Of a stretch of DNA of 64,000 nucleotides, positions 50,326 to 60,715 are shown in pieces (the stretch's first letter is position 1; each line of letters begins with the position of its first letter). The notes beneath the pieces are model-generated. The model saw nothing but the letters and a program-made list of their open reading frames with translations. It did not search any database and was not told the origin of the DNA. The stretch spans positions 1 through 64,000 of the forward strand of contig CAWAKC010000004.1 in the NCBI GenBank assembly GCA_963782525.1, given 5' to 3'. Origin of the DNA: Candidatus Bathyarchaeota archaeon. GTDB taxonomy: Archaea > Thermoproteota > Bathyarchaeia > Bathyarchaeales > Bathycorpusculaceae. A program made the position numbers and the translations under genes.

Positions 50326-52866
50326 TTATTTTATGGGGATTTGGATGTTGAATGTTGTGCCTTTTCCTTGTTTGCTGCTGAAAGTTATTTTTCCATCTTG
50401 CGCCTCAACCAAACGCTTAACCACAGCTAAACCGAAACCTTGACCCTTAGATTTTGTAGTAAATAGGGGCGTGAAAAGTTTATCTTGCACCTCAACTGGA
50501 ATGCCTTCGCCAGTATCGTGAACGCTGATGCATGCTTGATTGTTTTCGCATTTAGCTTTAATTTTTAGTTTTCCACCGTTAGGCATGGCTTGCACGGCAT
50601 TCTGGATTAGGTTGATAAGGGCGCGCTTCAGCATGGAGAAGTCAGCTGTAACCTGTGGAAAACCCTCTTCGATTGCGATATCCACTTTCAGGCTGTTTGG
50701 GATGGCGACGATGAGTAATGCTTCTTCGATGGCTTTTTCAACGTTAACTTTTTCCCAGTTAGGCTTCAATGGCTTAGTGTAATCTTGCAAGTCCGCAACG
50801 ATTTTGTCTATATAAAACAGGTTTTGTTCAATGAAGGCACAACTTTCCTCTAAACTTTTTTTGGAGTCTGCATTACTGATTGAGTTTATCTCGTCTTTTG
50901 CTAAGTATAGTTCGCCAACGATAGCTTGTAAGGGGTTACGGATGTCGTGTCCAACCATACCTGCAGTTTGACCAATAGTAATCAACCGTTCCGCTTGGCT
51001 GAGCTGTCGTGCCCGTTCCTTAGCAAGCTCCTCCATCTGGTTAGCATATTTTTTCAATTGCACTGCTGCGGCATCTTTTTCTTTTCGAAGCCTAAGCATT
51101 TCGATGCCGTAGGCAAAGTCGTTGGCTAATTCTGTTAGAAGTTTGCTTTCTTCTTCGGTGAATGGGTCTTTTTCTTGGCTGTAGATGTTTAGGGCACCAA
51201 AGGTTTTGCCTTCAAACGAAGAAAGCGGCAAGACAAGTGAAGCGGTGTATTTTCTTTTTGTTGCTTGTTCTCGCCACAGTTCAAAATTTGGATCCAAGTT
51301 CATGTTTCTACAAATGTAGGATTTTCCAGTTCGAATGACCGTTCCTGTGGGCCCTCGTCCACGCGGTTTATCGGCCCATGTTATGTTGAGTTGGTCAATG
51401 TATTCTTTATCGAAGCCTGAATAAGCTACTGGGCGGACAGTTTTGCTTTTGTCGTGTTGCGCCATTCCTACCCAAACCAGTGCATAGCCGCAGTCGTGGA
51501 CGATTATGTTGCAGACCTCTTTGGTTAAAGTGTCTTCATCGGTTGCATGTATAAGGGCTTCGTTGCTGTTGCCGATTGCTCTTAAGTGGCGATTAAGATT
51601 GCTGAGGATCGCTTCTGCTTTTTTGCGTTCAGTAATGTTTCTGGCGACATGTACTGTGCCAACGAGGTTTCCTTTGTCATCTCTGAGAGGAGTTGTGCTT
51701 ACCAAGAAGTCTCCTCCCAAACGAGGCGCATGAACTTCAGCCGTATGCTCCTTCCCATCATTCACAGTTTTTGCATGTGGACAAAAATCAGGCGGATTAT
51801 CCAGTCCGTGAACACATTGATAACAGAATAACCCGACAGCCTGCTCTTTAGACACACCCAACTGCTGAGCCATAGCTCGGTTGGCACGCACAAGTCTAAA
51901 ATTATTATCCAAAACAGCAACGAAATCGGGAACACTGTCAAAAGTGCGTTCCCAATCCTGTTTTGCTCGGCGAAGATCCAGCTCGGCTTTCTTTTGATCT
52001 GTTATATCGTGAACCATTCCAATAGATCGGATAATTTTACCTGATTCATCTCGGATATGGTTACATTTTTCGTAAACAACCCTTATTTCGCCAGTATGTT
52101 TTTTGATTACTCGATGCTCAATCTCATAGGAGTCCTTTCCTTGCTTGAGTGAACCAGAATAAGTGGCATCTACCGCAGCCCTGTCATCCGGGTGAATGTA
52201 GCTGAGGAAAGCTTCGTAGGTTGCGCCAAATTCTTGGGGCTTTAACCCGAAAATGCGGTAAACCTCATCCGACCAAGTCAATTTGTTATTTTTCAAGTCG
52301 AGTTCCCAGCTGCCCAGATGCGCTATCTCTTGGCTTCGGTTAAGGCGCTTCTCGCTTTCCTCCAATGCCTCCTGGATCTGTTTACGTTTAGTTATATCTT
52401 CGAAGATAGCGGCAAAATAGCCTTTTTGCGGGCAGTAAACAGATATGGATAGCCACAATTTTAATGGCTTGAAGAATACTTCAAATTTTTCTTCTCTGCA
52501 GGATAGGGCAACTCTGCCGTAGATTTCAAACAGTTCAGGGTTGGCTTCTTTGATTCCTGGAATGGCTTGTGTCACTTTCTTTCCAACAACAAGTTCCCTT
52601 TTCAGCCCCGTTATTCTAACAAAAGCGTCGTTAATTTCGAGATAAATAAAATCAATCGGCCTGTTTTCTGAGTCAAAAATCATTTTGCAGAAAGCAAAAC
52701 CATCGATCATGTTGCTGAACAAGGAGAGGTAACGTTCTTCGCTTGCTCTAAGTTTCTCTTCAGTATCCATGTGAATAGGATTAGGCCTAGCAACTGAGGG
52801 CTGGCTACGGGAAAATTCATCCATTGGAGACTCCCTTGAAACTATTATTGAGGACAACAGAATCAT
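50326..52866 (-). CDS. PAS-PAS-PAS-GAF sensor histidine kinase
   Basis: Repeated PAS ends (DITKRK, HDITDQK, NITERK), GAF, GHDIRNPL H-box, DTGEG and GQGFGL. Confidence 0.93.
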   Translation of the reverse strand: MILLSSIIVSRESPMDEFSRSQPSVARPNPIHMDTEEKLRASEERYLSLFSNMIDGFAFCKMIFDSENRPIDFIYLEINDAFVRITGLKRELVVGKKVTQAIPGIKEANPELFEIYGRVALSCREEKFEVFFKPLKLWLSISVYCPQKGYFAAIFEDITKRKQIQEALEESEKRLNRSQEIAHLGSWELDLKNNKLTWSDEVYRIFGLKPQEFGATYEAFLSYIHPDDRAAVDATYSGSLKQGKDSYEIEHRVIKKHTGEIRVVYEKCNHIRDESGKIIRSIGMVHDITDQKKAELDLRRAKQDWERTFDSVPDFVAVLDNNFRLVRANRAMAQQLGVSKEQAVGLFCYQCVHGLDNPPDFCPHAKTVNDGKEHTAEVHAPRLGGDFLVSTTPLRDDKGNLVGTVHVARNITERKKAEAILSNLNRHLRAIGNSNEALIHATDEDTLTKEVCNIIVHDCGYALVWVGMAQHDKSKTVRPVAYSGFDKEYIDQLNITWADKPRGRGPTGTVIRTGKSYICRNMNLDPNFELWREQATKRKYTASLVLPLSSFEGKTFGALNIYSQEKDPFTEEESKLLTELANDFAYGIEMLRLRKEKDAAAVQLKKYANQMEELAKERARQLSQAERLITIGQTAGMVGHDIRNPLQAIVGELYLAKDEINSISNADSKKSLEESCAFIEQNLFYIDKIVADLQDYTKPLKPNWEKVNVEKAIEEALLIVAIPNSLKVDIAIEEGFPQVTADFSMLKRALINLIQNAVQAMPNGGKLKIKAKCENNQACISVHDTGEGIPVEVQDKLFTPLFTTKSKGQGFGLAVVKRLVEAQDGKITFSSKQGKGTTFNIQIPIK

Positions 52867-53112
52867 ATAAAACTTATTAAAAACTTAAAAAAATGGTGGG
52901 ACATCGAAAACTGACTCTTCAAATAAGCTGTTATAAGCACGGTGAGAGCGCTTAGGCGTTGGTTTGTTTTTTTCAAAAATGGTACTGTAGCGCTCAAGAA
53001 ATTCATTTAAGAGCTTTAAATATTTAAAACCAATTGACTTAAAGCTAACTTTATTCCCATGGTCTTTTTGTAGAGTCTTTGTTGATGGTTCAGGCGTGGC
53101 GGCGATTTTGCT

Positions 53113-53459
53113 TTATTGTTTTTCTTGTTCTTTTAGCATTTTTTGGATTGGGGCTTTTAGTTGTGGGATGTTGGTTTTGGCTGCTTTGTAGATGGTTTCA
53201 GTGTCTATTCCGAAGTAGCCGTGGATTAGTTTGTCTCTCATACCATTTCTCTCCAGGGCAGTTCCTTGTGTTTTGCTCTTAGTGGCCGGGGGATGTTCTT
53301 GGCGGCTTCTCCAATTACTTCGATGCTGCGTACGACAGCGTTGAGGGTTTTTCTGTCTGTGGTAAATTCGTCTTAGGTTAAGTCTCCAATGAAGGCTTCA
53401 ACCTCATCTATAGCCTCCAAAATATCTTTCAGGTAGTCATTCGCGTCGCGTTTTTTCAT
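53113..53459 (-). pseudogene. HepT/DUF86 HEPN toxin pseudogene
   Basis: DYLKDILEAI, IEVIGEAAK, GMRDKLIHGYF recognisable; in-frame TAA at ~53373 and indels near LPW. Confidence 0.8.
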
Positions 53460-53750
53460 ACGATAATGACTTCCTCATGGATCCTCTTTCCTATGTGTGG
53501 TTTGAGGGCTTTTTTGGATACCAAATCCACTTTAATACCTAAAGTGTCGGAGAGGAAGAATTCTAAATCCATGAATTCAAACAGACCTATGGGCTCCTCA
53601 AACTCCACCAAACACGTCCACGTCGCTCTTGGAGGTTTGTTCGCCGTGAACATAGGACCCGAAGACGCCGATGGTTTTCACTTTAAACCGCTCCTTGAGC
53701 GTGGGTTTTAGCGTTTCTAGTGTTGAGGTTATTTCTTTTATGGTCTTCAT
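53456..53750 (-). pseudogene. MNT nucleotidyltransferase antitoxin pseudogene
   Basis: IGVFGSYVHGEQ...SDVDV, then a 1-bp insertion (~53611) before LVEFEEP...KVDLV. Confidence 0.82.
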
Positions 53751-53816
53751 GGCTGTTACAACGACTATTACGGGGTTTCTTTCTTTTCTATTTTACGCAA
53801 CAAAAACAAGTACAAG

Positions 53817-54359
53817 TTACTTGGATTCGTCGAGGGCTTTTTTGAAAAATGCTTTGTCGATTATCCTGACATCCAGTTTTTGTTTGGCTGCGGTTTTTCT
53901 GATGACGGCGAGTAGGACGAGGTAGTTTTGGGTGGTTTGCATGTTTGGGGGTACATTGCCTAATAGAGCTTTCCAGGTGTGGGCGTCGAGGATGCAGTAG
54001 GTTTTGGGGTCGAAGAAGGTGAGGATGATGCTGGCGAAAATGGGGCTGACGCCTTCGAGCAGCGTGAGGCAGTTCATGCGGTAGCCGTCTTCGCAGCCCG
54101 GAATGCTCAACGCTTGGCTTGTTAATCGACTGACTGTGGCTTCGTCGTTGCGAGCTACCAACTCCAAGCTCCGCGCTTTCTTTTCTTCATCGCCCTTGAA
54201 TTTCCATTCAACAATGGCCGCTAAATCCTTGCAGGTCAAGGCTTTGTTTTTGCGGAATTTTGTGCCGAGTTCCCGCTCTCGTTGCGCCTGCCATCCGTAG
54301 GCCTTATCGTACTTGCGGCTCCAGAGAATAAATTCAGCTTTATCCATGCCATTATTCAC
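53817..54359 (-). CDS. Hypothetical protein, HhH glycosylase-like fold
   Basis: IVEWK...LEGVSPIFASIIL...ILDAH resembles HhH-GPD-like proteins. Confidence 0.55.
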   Translation of the reverse strand: MNNGMDKAEFILWSRKYDKAYGWQAQRERELGTKFRKNKALTCKDLAAIVEWKFKGDEEKKARSLELVARNDEATVSRLTSQALSIPGCEDGYRMNCLTLLEGVSPIFASIILTFFDPKTYCILDAHTWKALLGNVPPNMQTTQNYLVLLAVIRKTAAKQKLDVRIIDKAFFKKALDESK

Positions 54360-54554
54360 CTAAAGGTAGCTTCGCCTGAATCTATAAATGCGCTTTTGCC
54401 CCAAGTTTTCTTGTTAGAAGTAACTTTCAAAACTTCCGATATTTTTTCGGATTTACGTTCGCCAGTCATAATGACCATTTGAAGAATATACAAAACCCCA
54501 AACTAATAACTCTTCATAATTAGCCATTTAACAAAAAATTGGAAAAGTTGGGGT

Positions 54555-54749
54555 TTAATTTTGGTCTACTAGGTGTGCTGTTCCGTCTGGACAGTATACT
54601 TTCTCGTCTTTGCCGACACGTCTGTATCTTTCACTGCACATGTGCAGAAGTGTACAGCCGTCGCAGTCTCTACTCAACACTTTTTTTTCGCCTCCTATTG
54701 GGACATCGTGCATCGGTGAAATTGGCTTATAAGGATATGTAACATGCAT
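54555..54749 (-). CDS. Small Cys/His protein
   Basis: CDGC...C...YCPDGTAH; followed by an A/T tract. Confidence 0.45.
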   Translation of the reverse strand: MHVTYPYKPISPMHDVPIGGEKKVLSRDCDGCTLLHMCSERYRRVGKDEKVYCPDGTAHLVDQN

Positions 54750-55278
54750 GTGTATACGCCGCTACCTTTTTTGGGTGTGGGCGCTACAGGTTTTGAAGGC
54801 GATACAGTCTTCGGAGCAGGGAATGGCGGTTTTGGTTTGGCAATCCAAGATGATTGTTCTGTTCATGCAGGTTCACCTTGTTTTATGCTCTTGGCTTGGA
54901 CTGAAGACGGAGTTGGGGTGCCCGTGAATGTGAAGGGCAAGGCAAACATGCCTTCACAGCCCAATTCTTGAGTTGCTAAATCCAGCATACCATATCCACC
55001 GCATTTTTGTTTTGCTCTGATTGTTGAGTATGCATTTTGGGATTTAAAGAGTTTTGAGAAATGTTCATAACATTTATGAAAATACGTCTAGTTGTCAAAC
55101 AAAAAATAAATGAGGTGAGCATCTGAATGCAATCAAAGGAATAATTGTGAACAAATGAATTCTGCATATTTCTCTATTTTTATCAATCTTAAACAATCAC
55201 TCATGAAGACGGCAAACTCGAGGCGCATTGGGATGCGATGCAACAGTTACCCTGTAGACAGCGGAAAAAAACAATGTT

Positions 55279-55791
55279 TTAGAAGGGGCTTTTAACGTGG
55301 ACGATGGGTTTACCCATTATATCACGCATCGTGTCTGCTACGTTGTAAGGATGGCGAACAAGCCGCAGTCTGGTTTCACGTTCCTCCTGAGAGTTAACCG
55401 TTAAGTCGCCGTAACCGAAGATTCTTCCCCCGATCGATTGGTACTCGAGTAAGTCGCCGAAACCCGACGGCGTAACCACAAACGAATGCAGCCGCAATAT
55501 ACCGCGCTTAACTTCTAAGCCATCCTGCTGCAGAATGTAGTTGTTTGAGGCGCGAAAAACTAAGAGTTCAAGCATACTGATGAGCCAAATTAAACCAAAC
55601 AGCAGAATTGTCCAAGCCCAAATTGGCAAGCCAACAAGACCCAGAGAGGCTCCGCCAGAGTAGGATTCAAGCGATAGAAAAAGGATCGATAGCACGATGA
55701 TTGTGACCGTTCGGATGATAGCTGCTGGAGCAATCCAGGGTTTGCCTGCCCAAACAACCTCGTGAGTAACTTGTTTAATGTTAAAAGCCAA
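55279..55791 (-). CDS. Membrane protein with bacterial PH (bPH_2) domain
   Basis: Two TMs, then GIL...QSIGGRIFGYGDL. Confidence 0.75.
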   Translation of the reverse strand: MAFNIKQVTHEVVWAGKPWIAPAAIIRTVTIIVLSILFLSLESYSGGASLGLVGLPIWAWTILLFGLIWLISMLELLVFRASNNYILQQDGLEVKRGILRLHSFVVTPSGFGDLLEYQSIGGRIFGYGDLTVNSQEERETRLRLVRHPYNVADTMRDIMGKPIVHVKSPF

Positions 55792-55850
55792 ACTAAAACA
55801 CGACCACTGGAAAAGTGGGTAAATCGGTATTTAAGTATTCAAGCTCAAAA

Positions 55851-56165
55851 CTAGACGACTGGTCGGTGGGGGAATATGCTTTCGATGCTACGGAGCAGTT
55901 GGTAACCGAAGAGGATGGCGACGAAATAGGTGGGCCACAGTATCACGGGCCAGTTGCCGGGCGTGTAATTCCAGAGCCCTGTAGAGACGGCGAAGAATTC
56001 CATGAGCGCCAGTGAAATCATTCCTCCGAACGCTAGGAACACCTGCTGTTTAAGCTCGTGTTTTGTTATTCCTTTACCGCGGATAACCATCAAGAAAGCC
56101 CAGGCTGCTAAGAACCCGAACAAGAGCACATACCAATCTGAATTGAAACTGAAGATTACATTCAT
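55851..56165 (-). CDS. Small membrane protein
   Basis: Three hydrophobic segments; GLWNY motif. Confidence 0.6.
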   Translation of the reverse strand: MNVIFSFNSDWYVLLFGFLAAWAFLMVIRGKGITKHELKQQVFLAFGGMISLALMEFFAVSTGLWNYTPGNWPVILWPTYFVAILFGYQLLRSIESIFPHRPVV

Positions 56166-56180
56166 GTTTTATACCAAACT

Positions 56181-56834
56181 TTAATGTTTTACAGCTTTTC
56201 CTTTACGTTGAGGTTTATGGTTTGACCAGCATTTCTTGCAGTAAACAGGCTTGTCAGCTTTAGGTTTGAAGGGCACTTCGCATTCGACTCCGCATTCGCT
56301 GCATACGGCGTTGAAGGCTTGAGGGGCTTGGAACTGCTTGAACATCTGATAGTTTTTCAGGCGTGGCCAACCGGTTTTTGCATACTGTAACATTTCCGGG
56401 TTGTTTTTTAGCCACCGCATCATGTGGAAGAAGCTTTTGCCCCGTTTCTCCTCCCGCTCGGCTAAGGGTTCGTAACCTAAGTTGCGAATTTCATCAAGGT
56501 AAGCAATTTCTACTAGCCGCTGCGTTTCGCCGATGACACGGATGCGTTTGACGCGGCTTTCGCCATAGACTTTTTGGAGTTCCTCGGCGGCAACGTCGAA
56601 GATGCAGCCTTGGCAAATGTGAATTTCCTCTTCAGGAGCCAAATTAAACTTCAAAACAAGCTTGGAGACGACGCGGCTGGATTCTTGCAGGTACTCTTTT
56701 TCGCGGAAAATGTCTTGGTAGAACCTGACGTCGATTAAGTCGTATTTGAATTCACCCGTCGGTTCATGGTAGGCGCCAACTACAACTCCGTACAGTAAAT
56801 CGCCGCTGCCAGCATCATCAACAATAAGGGTCAA
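56181..56834 (-). CDS. RNase H-like fold protein with C-terminal CxxC-x17-CxxC domain
   Basis: IVDDAGSG resembles RNase HII DEAGRG; CSECGVECEVPFKP...VYCKKC. Confidence 0.7.
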   Translation of the reverse strand: MTLIVDDAGSGDLLYGVVVGAYHEPTGEFKYDLIDVRFYQDIFREKEYLQESSRVVSKLVLKFNLAPEEEIHICQGCIFDVAAEELQKVYGESRVKRIRVIGETQRLVEIAYLDEIRNLGYEPLAEREEKRGKSFFHMMRWLKNNPEMLQYAKTGWPRLKNYQMFKQFQAPQAFNAVCSECGVECEVPFKPKADKPVYCKKCWSNHKPQRKGKAVKH

Positions 56835-57003
56835 TTAACACTATTCCCTCTTCTCTCTTACCCAACCAAATACTTCATACATCTATAAAAACCGTCTTCC
56901 TAAAACGTCAACAAAGGCTGGGAAAATCTTTTGTTTTAATGTTTGGTAGATTGGAGCAAACGGATTAAACCTTGGTTTTAAATGGCTCGATGCTATGACA
57001 TAA

Positions 57004-57510
57004 ATGGGAATTTTAGCTATGAGGAAACGGAGTAGGGTCCTGATCGGTTTAGTTATTGTAATTTTGGTTGTTTCGTTGGCGTCTGCGTGGCTCATTCTGT
57101 TTTCAAACCCCTCATCTTCCAGCCGATCCGCATCAAGCAGTGTTAGCAACGGATTCCAACTAACCATCACCCTCGAGAAAAATCCAACCCAATACACAAA
57201 AGGCAAAACAGTACCTATCACATTTACAGTCACCAACCTTGGCAACCAAACCCAAAACTTCACCAACACAAACGGCAACGCAAACAAACAAGTCTACGCT
57301 TCGCAACATGGAGCATACCCGCTAACAAACGCCACCATACCGCTTGCTCCAAACGAAACCTTTAGCCAAACACTAATCTGGAGCCAAGAAAACGACCTAA
57401 CGAACGGATTTCCCTAAGTCACATCTGGAACATACCATATCATTGGAGAAATCGGAGAAAATCTGCCCTACCAACTCCAAACCCCACCACTCAACATAAC
57501 AATCTGCTAA
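57004..57510 (+). pseudogene. Membrane-anchored Ig-like protein with internal stop at 57415-57417
   Basis: Frame continues after TAA as VTSGTYHIIGE...LNITIC, a typical Ig-domain end. Confidence 0.55.
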
Positions 57511-58056
57511 CCCATAAATCCATAGAAACCAATCAGGTGCACAAAATGTTATGTTGGCTAGGTCTGCTGAGTAATTGGGGGCCATAATGAAGAAAACAGA
57601 AGACGCCGGTTGGGGCATTGCTTTTGGTAGTTGCCGCCTTTCTCGGCTTCTTTGCCGTTGTAACTTACATTTCGAATATTAATCCAACGTTGCTTCAGAT
57701 CTTCAATTTAGTGTATGTTTTAGGGATAGTTTCTGCGGCATTCCTAATTTCAGGAATACGGTTGACGGTCTCAAGCCTTAGGCTCTAAAAATAATTAAAC
57801 AGAATAAAGTAAGCGATTCTTATTGTTATTTTATATATTCTTTCTTTGAGTTAGATGGTGGAAACCGGTACTTTAAAAATTCTATAGAAGCAAGTTGGTT
57901 TTTTTCACTTATGTCAATGCAGATTTTTGCCGGGCTTTTGTTTTTTATATTCTTGAGTTGTTGAGTTAATGGAAACATTTAAGTCAACCTTCCACCTTTA
58001 AATACTCGAAAAATAGGAATTTTTTCCGAATTTTCACAATAATATGGAGTAATTTA

Positions 58057-58266
58057 ATGTCTCAAAGAACAAATGTAACCGAAATTAAATGTAGTGATTG
58101 CGGCAAATCCGCCACTGTTCCCTTTAAACCAACAGCCGGAAAACCAGTTTACTGTCGAGAATGTTTAGCTAAACACAGCACCCCAAGGGGCACTGAACAT
58201 AAAGGTTCAAGCGCTGATTCTAACAAAGAGCAAGCTTGGTCCAGACGTAGAACCGACTGGAAATAA
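58057..58266 (+). CDS. CxxC-x17-CxxC zinc protein
   Basis: CSDCGKSATVPFKP...VYCREC. Confidence 0.85.
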   Translation: MSQRTNVTEIKCSDCGKSATVPFKPTAGKPVYCRECLAKHSTPRGTEHKGSSADSNKEQAWSRRRTDWK

Positions 58267-58291
58267 CAAGAAATAAAAAATATTATTTTTT

Positions 58292-58948
58292 TTATCTAAC
58301 TGCCGCAGTTGCTAATTGCTGCTTTGCGCTTTCAGCTGAGCTTGGCAACACGTTAAGAATACCGTTCTTACCAAGCCGTAATTGTCTCTCTCCTCTAAAA
58401 ACGCATACCTGAGCATTCCTTAATTCAATGTTGTTACCGACTGCGATGGAGCCTATTTGTCCTTCCCAGAGGCAGAGTTTGGTTTTTCCAGTGTCATCTC
58501 CAACCAATGCGTTGACTACCATGACTGTATTGCCGAATTGTGTGTGAACTTGGGCTGGTTTAGGAATCTCTATGACTTCCGCTTTCAAATTAACCCGTTT
58601 CATACCTGCCCTTAAATCATGGATTGAAGTGTAGATAGATTCAGTGTTTTGCTTAGCGATTTTCTTGCGTATTTTGTCGGTACTCATCCAACTTTCGAAG
58701 GGGTTATCTTTTCTTAGGAGGAATTCTTCGCCAACACGGAACTGGGCGACAACTGCGCTATCTTTTGTTATTAGAAAAATTGTTTCGCCCTTCACTTTGC
58801 CGCGGTATTCAACGGTCAGGTTTCCGCAGACTGCCTTCTCGTTGTTTCTTGCGGAAATCAAAGCTTGAAAAACTTCGTTAGGATAAATGTTGTATTTAAC
58901 TGAAAGAAGCGCAAGATGCTCGCCTAAGGTTGATTTTTTCTGTCTCAA
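58292..58948 (-). CDS. OB-fold ssDNA-binding (SSB/RPA-like) protein
   Basis: IHDLRAGMKRVNLKAEV...VGDDTGKTKLCLW...LRLGKNG. Confidence 0.8.
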   Translation of the reverse strand: MRQKKSTLGEHLALLSVKYNIYPNEVFQALISARNNEKAVCGNLTVEYRGKVKGETIFLITKDSAVVAQFRVGEEFLLRKDNPFESWMSTDKIRKKIAKQNTESIYTSIHDLRAGMKRVNLKAEVIEIPKPAQVHTQFGNTVMVVNALVGDDTGKTKLCLWEGQIGSIAVGNNIELRNAQVCVFRGERQLRLGKNGILNVLPSSAESAKQQLATAAVR

Positions 58949-59290
58949 ATTACCCCTCTCAAATCATAGTCAAAGTTAAGAGAAAAAGCAAACGCAGGAA
59001 TGCTAATTCACACTTTTTCTCAATTACCCGAGTATTTACCTAATAATACAATGTTAACTATATTAGGTTGACGATGGAAAACGGGCATTAAGCAGTTTAG
59101 TTTAACCGCTTTTCTCCTCGAAAAGTCCTTTTTTAAGGCTTAAATTGGAATCTAAGTTTGTGAAACGTTTTTTCTAAGGGTTTAATTGTTAATACTGAAG
59201 CACTCAATTTATAAGCATCGAACAATAGTTAGATGATACTGTGCGGAAGAGACTTTTGCACAGCCAAAGTAGTAGGAGTTGAAATAGCGA

Positions 59291-59431
59291 ATGTATAATA
59301 ACAAAGAGATGCACAAGGCAACTTGCGCTGACTGCGGAAAAGAATGTGAAGTTCCTTTCAAGCCAGACGGTACAAGGCCAGTTTACTGCCGAGAGTGCTA
59401 CTCAAAACGAAGACCACCACGAAGATACTAA
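59291..59431 (+). CDS. CxxC-x17-CxxC zinc protein (46 aa, not in ORF track)
   Basis: MHKATCADCGKECEVPFKPDGTRPVYCRECY; AGGAG SD upstream. Confidence 0.88.
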   Translation: MYNNKEMHKATCADCGKECEVPFKPDGTRPVYCRECYSKRRPPRRY

Positions 59432-60117
59432 GCTTTTAGCTAAATATCTTTAAAATCTTTAACAATTTTCTTTTTTATTTTTTATTATTTTATAAAAATT
59501 GCTCTTCCTAACGCAGAATTCACTTAAATCACGTTTGAAATAAAAATTTAAAAATTCTAAAATAAATCTGAGGAACGAGAAAAAACTCGCTATTTTGGGT
59601 GAAATTAGGTTTTTATTCTGATCCGGTTCGTTTCTTGTTGTCGGTGTAATTCTTTTTGCCAGACTTCTTCCTTAGGACACAATTTAGTCTGACCGATGAT
59701 TTACATCTGCGGCAATTTTTAACTAAACCTGCTCTTAACATACACAATGCTATTTACCTCTCATTTGTTTTTTTGAAAAGGATCCGTTATTCAATCAGGT
59801 TACCCAAGAGGATAAAAGAAACTCTTCACCCTTGAGTGTCGCTGCGTGCTTATAAAGGAATGGATAGAAAAAAGACTTTTTTGGAAAACAGAAAAAATTC
59901 GAGGTGATTTTTGAATATTGGGTCTTTTTAAAATTTATTTTTAAAAAATGTCTTAAAATCATGTAAAAAAAGCCATTTGAGTAAGCTAACCTAATATACC
60001 TGCTGCATCCTTTAGTGGTTAAGGTTAGAATTCTTTAGAGGAAGAGTTAGACCACTTATTGCTTTTTCTCAAAACTATTCTGATTATTAGTTGGCGTAAG
60101 CCAAATAGGTGTAAAAA

Positions 60118-60426
60118 ATGGGTAAACGAAAAATTACAAACGAGGGCAGTCTTGACAGCATGGTTCTACCTTCCTCAAACGATGTGTTGGGTGTGGCGGT
60201 TAAGATGCTTGGTGCCGAAAGAATCACAGTTAAATGTCAAGATGGCAAAGAACGAATGTGTAGAGTTCGCGGCAAACTAAAAAGACGTGTTTGGATTCGC
60301 GAGGGTGACGTCGTTCTAGTTTCGCCTTGGGATTTCCAGTCTGACACTAGGGGCGACATCTTTTGGCGTTACCGCAAAAACCAGTCTGACTGGTTAAGAA
60401 GCCACAACTACCTCAAAATGGAGTAA
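60118..60426 (+). CDS. eif1a: Translation initiation factor aIF-1A
   Basis: MLGAERITVKC.DG...RGKLKRRVWIREGDVVLVSPWDFQ. Confidence 0.95.
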   Translation: MGKRKITNEGSLDSMVLPSSNDVLGVAVKMLGAERITVKCQDGKERMCRVRGKLKRRVWIREGDVVLVSPWDFQSDTRGDIFWRYRKNQSDWLRSHNYLKME

Positions 60427-60437
60427 GAGAACAAATC

Positions 60438-60608
60438 ATGATCCTAAAATGTACTGACTGTGGAAACACCTTTAGACGGGAGGGACTAAAAGACGGCGAA
60501 ATCATTGCATGTCCAATATGTGAAGCAGACTACCAAGTTCTAGTTAAAGATGGAAAGATCGAAATAATCGAATACGTCTATGAAGGTCCCGACGAAGGCG
60601 AATTATAA
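60438..60608 (+). CDS. LysW-like zinc-ribbon protein (56 aa, not in ORF track)
   Basis: CTDCG...GEIIACPICEADYQV...EGPDEGEL. Confidence 0.65.
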   Translation: MILKCTDCGNTFRREGLKDGEIIACPICEADYQVLVKDGKIEIIEYVYEGPDEGEL

Positions 60609-60715
60609 AAACAGTTTAGACGTGTGCGCAATTCATTTTTTATAGTTCCGATAGGTAAGTTATCTTTGAGCAAGTCTGGGATCGTACCCGTAAATACCAT
60701 TGATTTGGTGTCTTT

